Below, piece after piece: positions 25,208 through 32,000 of a stretch of DNA of 32,000 nt. Both the position numbers and the translations under genes were made by a program. The notes below the pieces were generated by a model that saw only the letters and a list, made by a program, of their open reading frames with translations, had not been told where the DNA came from and searched no databases. The first letter of the stretch is position 1. Each line of letters opens with the position of its first letter. The DNA comes from Nanobdellota archaeon (lineage in GTDB: Archaea; Nanobdellota; Nanobdellia; Nanobdellales; Nanobdellaceae): the NCBI GenBank assembly GCA_042850255.1, contig AP031373.1, positions 60,001 through 92,000 of the forward strand. Direction: 5' to 3'.

Positions 25208-25229
25208 GATTTAAGCTTATTATTATGAT

Positions 25230-26882
25230 ATGTACGAAATTTTAGGAGATCTTCTTAAAAGAAGTTTATGGGAGATATCAATAATATTTATAATATCAAT
25301 AATTTTGATAATAATAATAGGATTATATATACCTATATTAAAAATATATTATCCAGTTTTATATATATTTGTAGTTACATTTTCCTTAGAAGTAATTTTT
25401 ATCAAATATTATAGAATAAAAAGTATATTAGATAGAGATTTATTATATTATATTGCTTATTTATATTCTTTATCTTATTCTACATATAATATAAAAAATC
25501 TTTTAGAAATGTCTGTAGAGGAAAAGAAGGAATTTAAGGAAATTAATAGTTATATGGAAAAAGTATTAAATCTTGTTAAAAAATATAATTATACAATACC
25601 TGAAGCAATAAGATATGTATTACCATATGTTCCTAAAAGTAATTTTAAAAGTTTCTTAGAAAGATTTGCAACATCAATAGATATAGGAGAAGATGTATCT
25701 GATTTTTTATATAAAGAATATGAAAATGCTCTAGGAATATATGAAGCCAATTATGAAAAAGGATTAGAAAATATAAGATTATTAGAAGATTTAATTTTAT
25801 CTTTATTATCATCTGTAGGATTTGCTTTTTCATTAATATTATTTATACCATTTTTAGTTAGTATAAATATGGTAATTTTATTGGCAGATTTTTTCATAAT
25901 ATTTGTTTTAATAAATATAATGATATACTATGTATCAAAATATTATATTCCTGATGATAATATATGGTCAAAATCAAAAGAAAAACCTAAAGAATATAAT
26001 TCAATAAAATTTTTATTCTATATATTATCCTTTTTATCCTATATATTATTTTTAGTATTATTTTTAGTAGCAAAGTTACCATTAATTGCTGCATTTGCAA
26101 TAGCAATTACGCCTTTAACATATGTTAGTTATAGAATGATAAATCTTGAAAGATTATTAAAAAGTAAAGAAAATCATTTTCCAGCGTTTTTCAGTAGTAT
26201 AATAGAATATTCCCAAATTTTTGGAAATAATCAAACAAAAATATTAGATAATGTTGTAATACATGATTTTGGATCATTAAATGATGATATTGATAGATTA
26301 AGAAAAAGAATAAACATTACTAAAAATTATGAACAATCTTGGAATTATTTTGTTGGAGAAATTGGAAGTAGATTATCTGAAAGAGTAATAAAAGTATTCG
26401 AAAGAGTTTTGGAATATAGCGGAGATACTAAAAAAGCTGGAGATATGTTATATGGTATATTAATAAAAATAATTGAATTAAGAACTAGAAAACAACAATT
26501 TATATCAAACTTAAGGGGTATTATATATGGTACATATATAGCATTTATATCTATATTATTTATAATGTTACAAATTATTTATTCTATGAATCAGATGTTT
26601 CAAGGAATATCTACAGCACTTAGCAGTGCAACAATTGCACAAATAGGTATAAATCTTTATACATTAAATATACCAATATCTATATTAAATACATATGTTT
26701 TTGTGTTATCTATAATTGAAGCATTTATTTTAGCATTTACCATAAAAAATATAGATGGGGGATCAAAAATAGGATCATTTTTAGATGCAACATTATTGAT
26801 ATGGATTGCAGCTTTACTAAATATAGGAGTATATTATGCATTTACTCATATATTCTCAGGTTTGTCTTTTGTAAAACTATAA
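25230..26882 (+). CDS. Second FlaJ/TadC-like type IV filament platform membrane protein, 550 aa, no adjacent ATPase
   Basis: Two cytoplasmic helical modules (...FLERFATSIDIGEDVSDFLYKEYENALGIYEANYEKGLE... and ...FVGEIGSRLSERVIKVFERVLEYSGDTKKAGDMLYGIL...) are each followed by TM clusters. The size is typical of FlaJ. Confidence 0.6.
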   Translation: MYEILGDLLKRSLWEISIIFIISIILIIIIGLYIPILKIYYPVLYIFVVTFSLEVIFIKYYRIKSILDRDLLYYIAYLYSLSYSTYNIKNLLEMSVEEKKEFKEINSYMEKVLNLVKKYNYTIPEAIRYVLPYVPKSNFKSFLERFATSIDIGEDVSDFLYKEYENALGIYEANYEKGLENIRLLEDLILSLLSSVGFAFSLILFIPFLVSINMVILLADFFIIFVLINIMIYYVSKYYIPDDNIWSKSKEKPKEYNSIKFLFYILSFLSYILFLVLFLVAKLPLIAAFAIAITPLTYVSYRMINLERLLKSKENHFPAFFSSIIEYSQIFGNNQTKILDNVVIHDFGSLNDDIDRLRKRINITKNYEQSWNYFVGEIGSRLSERVIKVFERVLEYSGDTKKAGDMLYGILIKIIELRTRKQQFISNLRGIIYGTYIAFISILFIMLQIIYSMNQMFQGISTALSSATIAQIGINLYTLNIPISILNTYVFVLSIIEAFILAFTIKNIDGGSKIGSFLDATLLIWIAALLNIGVYYAFTHIFSGLSFVKL

Positions 26883-27320
26883 ATTTATTTTTCTTTCTTT
26901 TGGTATAAAATCTTTCAATTCTTTATTTTTTATATAAACACTACCCAATATATCTTTATTATCTTTTGCAATATAATATCCGTTTTCTACATCTATCAAA
27001 ATTTTTTCTTGATTCTTAGATTTATAAAATATATTTTCTTTATTAATATTTATTATTCTTTTTGCATTTATACCAAATAACTGAGCTCCTTCTATACTAA
27101 ATCTATAATTATTTTTTTCAATTTTTATTATATATAATCCATACTTCTTTATATATTTTTCATCTAGAAAATCTGGAAAATTTTTATTAAACATATATAT
27201 TTTTTCTTTTGTAGAAAAAAATCTATATTTTTTTATAATTTCTTTATCTATTTTTATTCCATAATATTCTTCTATTTTTTTAAATATTTCTTCTATAATC
27301 TTTTTATTTAATTCTTTCAT
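26877..27320 (-). CDS. Small pre-PUA/PUA-like RNA-binding protein (Nip7- or RsmF-PUA-like), stand-alone
   Basis: The patterns YGLYIIKIEKNNYRFSIEGAQLFG and GYYIAKDNKDILGSVYIKNKELKDFIPKERKI resemble Nip7 or methyltransferase-associated PUA modules. ATGA overlap with the rfcL stop. Family assignment is tentative. Confidence 0.4.
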   Translation of the reverse strand: MKELNKKIIEEIFKKIEEYYGIKIDKEIIKKYRFFSTKEKIYMFNKNFPDFLDEKYIKKYGLYIIKIEKNNYRFSIEGAQLFGINAKRIININKENIFYKSKNQEKILIDVENGYYIAKDNKDILGSVYIKNKELKDFIPKERKINL

Positions 27321-28543
27321 AACTTTTTAATTGATTCTTTAATAAATGCTATTTCCTCATTTGTAAATCCTAAAATTTTTGCATATTTTTCTCCAATTTT
27401 TTGATCTTTTTCCATTAAATATATTAGCATATTTATATAAACTTCTCTTACTCTTTTTGTTGATGTATGTACTTTCTTTTTTAATGTTTTAGATAATTCA
27501 GATATCTTATCCCTTATTTCTTTATTTTGAGATAATTTCCTTACATAAGTTGGCATTTTATATTTAGTAAATTTGTTGTATCTTTTTTCTTTAGATAACG
27601 CAACTCCTGCATACATTAATGTAGTAAAATATTTTAGTAGATCCCAATATTGTCTTCTAAATATTCTCCCATAAAACATTACTGCAATAGATAACCAATT
27701 ATATGCATCAAATATTTCTTTTATATTTTCATATTCATTTTCTATATTTTCTTCAATCCATGGTTTAATTTCCTCTGGATCCATATCTACATTTGCAAAT
27801 GGTATTGTTGCTCCAGTTATTGTACTTGCTTTAAACATCTGTCCCAATGCTTGAAATATTGTTATTTCTCTTTCTCTATATCCTAAAACTTCTAAATCTT
27901 TTAATGTTATATTTTTACTAATAGATGATATAGTTTGAAAATCATTTATAGCACTTCTTAGATCTCCAAAAGATCTTTCAGCAATTGCTTTTAATACATT
28001 ATCATCAACATTTATTTTTTCATTCATAGCAATTCTTTTTAATTGTCTAAATATATCTGTAGTAGATAATTTTTTGAATTCTACCAATTCACACTCATCT
28101 CTTAATTTCCTAAACTTTGGATCCCAAGGATCATTTGCAGTTAATATCATTGGCCATTTACTTTTTTTAATAATATTTATTAGAGCAGTTATACCTCCTT
28201 TATCCTGAAAACCAGAAATTCCATCTACTTCATCTACTAATATTATTCTTCCTTTTTTAAAAAAAGGTTTTCCTACTACTGCTTCATCCAATTTTTCATG
28301 TACTTTTCTTGCATTTCTAGTGTCTGAAGCATTTATTTCTATCACTTCATAATTTAAATCATTTGCTATTGCATAAATCGAAGATGTTTTTCCAACTCCA
28401 GGAGGTCCATATAATAATAAAGCTTTCTTTTGTACATTTGGATATTTTTCTATAAATGCTTTTATTTTTCCTATAGCTTCAGATTGATTTATTATTTCGT
28501 TAATATGTTTTGGAGCATATTTTTTAATCCATGGAACATCCAT
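27317..28543 (-). CDS. rfcL: Replication factor C large subunit
   Basis: PWIKKYAPKHINEIINQ, Walker A LLLYGPPGVGKTS, NASDTRN, Walker B ILVDEVDG and TANDP (sensor 1 region). Confidence 0.9.
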   Translation of the reverse strand: MDVPWIKKYAPKHINEIINQSEAIGKIKAFIEKYPNVQKKALLLYGPPGVGKTSSIYAIANDLNYEVIEINASDTRNARKVHEKLDEAVVGKPFFKKGRIILVDEVDGISGFQDKGGITALINIIKKSKWPMILTANDPWDPKFRKLRDECELVEFKKLSTTDIFRQLKRIAMNEKINVDDNVLKAIAERSFGDLRSAINDFQTISSISKNITLKDLEVLGYREREITIFQALGQMFKASTITGATIPFANVDMDPEEIKPWIEENIENEYENIKEIFDAYNWLSIAVMFYGRIFRRQYWDLLKYFTTLMYAGVALSKEKRYNKFTKYKMPTYVRKLSQNKEIRDKISELSKTLKKKVHTSTKRVREVYINMLIYLMEKDQKIGEKYAKILGFTNEEIAFIKESIKKL

Positions 28544-28573
28544 AATATTTTAATATTTTATATCATTAAAAAC

Positions 28574-28978
28574 TTAATGAAAAAATAATGAAAGAATAGA
28601 ATTAGTAGATTTTATACTACATGGAACTACTGCTTGATATGTTTGGTTATTAATATTATAATATATCCTAACAAATACTTCTCCAGCAATAATTGAATTA
28701 TTTATTTCACAAGCATTCATTGAAGTAGAAAGTATACTCCCTAAATAACAATTTTGATTTTGATTAAAATTATATACAGTTACATTATATATATTTTCTT
28801 TTGCAGTTAATATTATCACAGATTGCCCGTTAGAATAATCACAACTATATGAAAAGTATTTTAGATAAGGAGGAAGATATGAAGTAATATAATAAGAATA
28901 AAGTAAAAATAATATAGATACTACAAAAACTGCTATCGCAGTCCATATAACAAATTTTGGTATCTTTGATATATCCAT
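28574..28978 (-). CDS. N-terminally anchored small extracellular protein with 4 Cys and multiple N-x-S/T sequons; unknown function
   Basis: 134 aa. A single TM helix (FVIWTAIAVFVVSILFLLYSYYI) is followed by a beta-rich-looking domain with NVT, NNS and NQT sites. Confidence 0.45.
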   Translation of the reverse strand: MDISKIPKFVIWTAIAVFVVSILFLLYSYYITSYLPPYLKYFSYSCDYSNGQSVIILTAKENIYNVTVYNFNQNQNCYLGSILSTSMNACEINNSIIAGEVFVRIYYNINNQTYQAVVPCSIKSTNSILSLFFH

Positions 28979-28983
28979 AAATA

Positions 28984-29247
28984 TTATAATAATAACCTTA
29001 CATAAAAATATTTCTTTCTTATTTCAACTTTCATATTTTTTATTATATCATCAAATTCTTTTTCATCTAAAAATAGCACATCATTAGATAAATATTTGTT
29101 AATTATATAATTCAATAATAATCTTTTTATTAGATTTTCATCCTTATTTATTATATCTTCAATATTTATTGAACTGTTGTAATTCTCTAATATATCTTTT
29201 ATAACACTTATTGGTATCTCAAATTCGTATTCGATCTCATAAGGCAT
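28984..29247 (-). CDS. Hypothetical acidic 87-aa protein
   Basis: The ORF is tightly packed (5 nt) upstream of 28574..28978. I recognise no motif. Confidence 0.35.
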   Translation of the reverse strand: MPYEIEYEFEIPISVIKDILENYNSSINIEDIINKDENLIKRLLLNYIINKYLSNDVLFLDEKEFDDIIKNMKVEIRKKYFYVRLLL

Positions 29248-29486
29248 GATAAATTATAACCCATAGGAAAATATAAGGTATTGCTTTATATTTTTGAAAT
29301 TCATATTTGATAATCAAAAGATATATTTATAGTAATATAATTATTTATTATATAAAACTAATGTATAATTTTATTTTAGATTTATTTTAATATTTATTTA
29401 TTTCATTTATTAAATAAAATATACCATAAAATAACTTTTATTATTTATTAAAGAACATATAAATACATATTTTGTTTATCTTAATC

Positions 29487-29494
29487 TTTAAATA
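29487..29494 (+). promoter_or_regulatory. Consensus archaeal TATA box TTTAAATA about 27 nt upstream of the pilin ATG 29518
   Basis: Exact TTTAWATA match with leaderless-type spacing. Confidence 0.5.
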
Positions 29495-29517
29495 TCCTAA
29501 AATAGCTTGATAATATT

Positions 29518-29730
29518 ATGAAATCTATATCTCCAATTATAGCAACTATATTATTAATTGTAATAGTAGTTGCATTAGCAGGATTAACATATGCATTTCT
29601 ATCAGGTATGTTTAATGGATTAATTTCTTCCACATCCTCACAAGTAAATAAAATTTCATCAGATGTCAGTGTACTAGAAATACCACAGGGTTATGGTTAT
29701 TGGTTAAATTATAGTTATAGAATATCATAA
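29518..29730 (+). CDS. Archaeal type IV pilin-like protein (class III signal peptide, Pilin_N/DUF1628-type), only 70 aa
   Basis: MKSISPIIATILLIVIVVALAGLTYAF matches the archaeal pilin N-terminus (short basic leader, SP[IV]I[AG], then a hydrophobic helix). It is flanked by 270-bp and 112-bp spacers. Confidence 0.7.
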   Translation: MKSISPIIATILLIVIVVALAGLTYAFLSGMFNGLISSTSSQVNKISSDVSVLEIPQGYGYWLNYSYRIS

Positions 29731-29842
29731 TATGTATATTATCCGAAAATCAAAATTATGATACTTATAATCTAAATTCTAATACCAAAGTAAAAGTAAT
29801 TGTCAAAATATAGAAATAAACAAATTATAGATTTTTAAAAAA

Positions 29843-30808
29843 TTATTGTTTTTTATTTAATCCTTTTAATCCTAAATATGCTAATAATGCACCCAGCTGT
29901 ACTATTGGATCCGATCCCTCTAATAATCTATATTCAATTTCTCCAGCAAAATATATTATATCTAGTTTTTCTTTATCTGGTATGCTTAACGAATATATTT
30001 CTTTTGATAAATATTTTATAATATCCTCTCCTGCTAATCCATATTTTAACATTACATCAATCAATTTTTCTCTAGCTTCTACAAATTTTCCTTGATATGC
30101 TAAATTTAATATTTCTTGTAATTCCTTTGGTTTTGCAACAGATGCAACATCATATATTAAATCTGGAGTAATATCCTTTGAATATAAAGCTGCAGCTTGC
30201 AATATATTTATAGATTTTCTCATATCTCCCTCAGTAACATAATATATTGCTTCTAATGCATCATTTGAAATATTTAATCCTTCATGATCCGCAATATTTT
30301 TTAGTATTTCAAATACAGCTTCCTTTGGTAATTGTTTAAATCTAAATACAACAGTTCTTGATTGAATTGGTTCTATAATTTTTGAAGAATAATTACAAGA
30401 TAATATAAATCTCGTATTTGCAGCATATTCTTCCATAATCCTTCTTAAAGCTTGTTGAGCATCTCTAGTCATTGCATCTGCTTCATCTAGAAATATAATT
30501 TTAAATGGAACATCTCCTATCGGTTTTGTTCTAGCAAATTCTTTTACTTGTTCTCTAATTACATCTATTCCTCTTGCATCTGATGCGTTTAAGGATAATA
30601 CATTTTGTTCCCAATTTTCTCCATATAATTCTCTTGCTAAAGCTAAAGCAGCAGTTGTTTTTCCTACTCCAGCAGGTCCTGAAAACAATAAGTGAGGCAT
30701 ATTTTTCTTTTCAACAAATGCTTTAAGATGTTTTACAATTTCATCTTGTCCTTTAATTTCATCCAATGTTTTTGGTCTATATTTTTCAGTCCATATTTCA
30801 TTGGTCAT
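29843..30808 (-). CDS. rfcS: Replication factor C small subunit
   Basis: [16 protein letters not shown], Walker [14 protein letters not shown], Walker [25 protein letters not shown] (SRC motif region). 321 aa with no intein. Confidence 0.95.
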   Translation of the reverse strand: MTNEIWTEKYRPKTLDEIKGQDEIVKHLKAFVEKKNMPHLLFSGPAGVGKTTAALALARELYGENWEQNVLSLNASDARGIDVIREQVKEFARTKPIGDVPFKIIFLDEADAMTRDAQQALRRIMEEYAANTRFILSCNYSSKIIEPIQSRTVVFRFKQLPKEAVFEILKNIADHEGLNISNDALEAIYYVTEGDMRKSINILQAAALYSKDITPDLIYDVASVAKPKELQEILNLAYQGKFVEAREKLIDVMLKYGLAGEDIIKYLSKEIYSLSIPDKEKLDIIYFAGEIEYRLLEGSDPIVQLGALLAYLGLKGLNKKQ

Positions 30809-30847
30809 AAATTACTAATTTAAATTAAAATTAATAAATAGTATATT

Positions 30848-31507
30848 ATGGACTTTGAATATATAGTACATAATAACCTAAAAATATATTATAAGATATT
30901 TGATCTAGAATGCTATCCACCAAAAGAAGATTCTTTTTTATTAAACGATCATATAAAAGATTTTGCAAAAAATAAAGTAGTTTTAGATATGGGATGTGGA
31001 TCTGGAATACAAGGATTAGAAGCTTATAAATATACAAGATTTGTATTCTTTTCAGATATTTCCTCAGAATGTATAAAAATAGCAAAAATGAACTTTTATA
31101 TAAATTATATGAATCCAAATGAAGATATAGAAAAACTGTACAATAATATTGATAAAATAAATTTACCAGTAAAATTCTATATTTCTGATTTATTTTCAAA
31201 TATTTCAGATAAATTTGATTTAATACTATTTAATCCTCCTTATTTACCTGATATAGAATATGAAGAAGGGAAAGTTAGAAAATGGGTTTCTGGAGGTAAA
31301 AATGGATATGAAACCATAGATAAATTCTTATATCAATCTATTAGTAGATTAAATAGATTTGGGGAAATATTATTAATTATGTCTTCAATAAATAATCCAC
31401 AATATATATTAAATAAATATTCAAATTATTTCTATTATAATATTATAGATAGTGTGCATATATTCTTCGAAGATTTATATTTGATACATTTAAAAAGAAA
31501 ATTTTAA
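30848..31507 (+). CDS. SAM-dependent N5-glutamine methyltransferase (Mtq2/PrmC/HemK-like)
   Basis: YPPKEDSFLL, SAM motif VLDMGCGSGIQG and catalytic LILFNPPYLP (NPPY). Confidence 0.8.
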   Translation: MDFEYIVHNNLKIYYKIFDLECYPPKEDSFLLNDHIKDFAKNKVVLDMGCGSGIQGLEAYKYTRFVFFSDISSECIKIAKMNFYINYMNPNEDIEKLYNNIDKINLPVKFYISDLFSNISDKFDLILFNPPYLPDIEYEEGKVRKWVSGGKNGYETIDKFLYQSISRLNRFGEILLIMSSINNPQYILNKYSNYFYYNIIDSVHIFFEDLYLIHLKRKF

Positions 31508-31517
31508 AGAAAAATAA

Positions 31518-32000
31518 ATGATAGTTGATGATCATGCACATTTATTTTTATATAAAGAAAAAAGTGATGAAAAAATAAGAGAAAATATAGAAAAGGGAGT
31601 AAAATATATTATAGAAAATTCTACCGATAAAGAATCAATAAATATTGTAATAGAAGAAGCAAAAAAATATGATATAATTTATTATGCTTTAGGAATATAT
31701 CCTGAAGATGTAGAAAATATGAAAGAAGAAGAACTAGATAAAATTATAGAATTTATTGAAAATAATAAAGATAAAAAATTTGTTGCAATTGGAGAAGTAG
31801 GATTAGATTATGCTCATGAGACTAATGAAGATCTAATTAAAAAACAAAAGATTTATTTTGAAAAATTTTTAGAATTATCAGAAAAATTAGATAAACCAAT
31901 AATAATACATGCTAGAAAGGCGGAACAGGATGTACTGGATATATTAACAAGTTACAATAATAAAAGAGTTTTACATACATTCTGGAAACCTTCTTTAGTA
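31518..32000 (+). CDS. TatD-family metal-dependent hydrolase (paralog 2), 3'-partial at the window end
   Basis: ATG 31518 translates MIVDDHAHLF...ALGIYPEDV...AIGEVGLDYAHE...IIIHARKAEQDV and stays open to base 32000. It is absent from the ORF track because no stop lies within the window. Confidence 0.8.
   Translation, partial: MIVDDHAHLFLYKEKSDEKIRENIEKGVKYIIENSTDKESINIVIEEAKKYDIIYYALGIYPEDVENMKEEELDKIIEFIENNKDKKFVAIGEVGLDYAHETNEDLIKKQKIYFEKFLELSEKLDKPIIIHARKAEQDVLDILTSYNNKRVLHTFWKPSLV

Noticed and set aside
29518-29842. Possibility that the 70-aa pilin is a frameshifted fragment of a longer pilin
   Set aside because: Translating the 112 bp downstream in all three frames gives only very short stop-ridden segments with no beta-rich pilin-like sequence. 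I kept it as a genuine short ORF, with the caveat noted in the finding.
27317-30808. Inteins or other insertions in RFC subunits or the secretion ATPase, as seen in some archaeal replication genes
   Set aside because: RFC-S (321 aa) and RFC-L (408 aa) are of normal or small size with contiguous motifs. No Cys/Ser...His-Asn splice-junction blocks or homing-endonuclease motifs were seen.
86-31199. Other short opposite-strand or alternate-frame track ORFs (86-358, 5427-5648, 5729-5929, 9534-9758, 12670-12918, 14390-14584, 16424-16621, 20288-20500, 20831-21130, 22451-22654, 24840-25109, 25645-25833, 30846-31199)
   Set aside because: Each lies entirely within, or mostly within, a longer ORF with recognisable conserved motifs. 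They have low-complexity mirror composition and no independent start context.

Overview
This is an extremely AT-rich (by eye about a quarter G+C), very gene-dense archaeal chromosome segment. It holds about 40 protein genes plus one tRNA. Most spacers are under 60 bp and many genes overlap at start/stop codons. Content is dominated by archaeal information-processing genes: CysRS, aIF2-gamma, a DRG-like GTPase, PUA proteins, Dph2, GatE, CCA-adding enzyme, aRF1, a RIO kinase, an Mtq2/PrmC-like methyltransferase, uL4-uL23-uL2-uS2, TFE, RFC large and small subunits, RadB, an NreA-like protein and two TatD paralogs. Very low GC, a tRNA with almost all-G:C stems, miniaturised proteins, scrambled operons and enzymes missing N-terminal modules together fit a reduced thermophilic DPANN/Nanoarchaeota-type symbiont. 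That lineage call is inference and cannot be proven from this window. Several accessory items deserve a second look. (1) A type-IV-filament module pairs a 747-aa FlaI/VirB11-family ATPase with an overlapping 669-aa platform protein. It sits divergently next to two paralogous coiled-coil proteins (one with a Q/P/F-rich low-complexity arm) and a Cys-rich anchored protein. (2) A second, similarly built P/Q-rich protein lies elsewhere in the window. (3) There is an orphan second FlaJ/TadC-like platform gene. (4) A 70-aa mini-pilin is flanked by the largest intergenic gaps. (5) A secreted beta-helix protein built from repeats is frameshift-truncated at the window edge. (6) In cysS, the only promoter-proximal ATG is out of frame across a (TA)5 tract. 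(7) Dph2 and GatE lack their N-terminal modules. I saw no CRISPR array, transposase, integrase or recognisable defence system.
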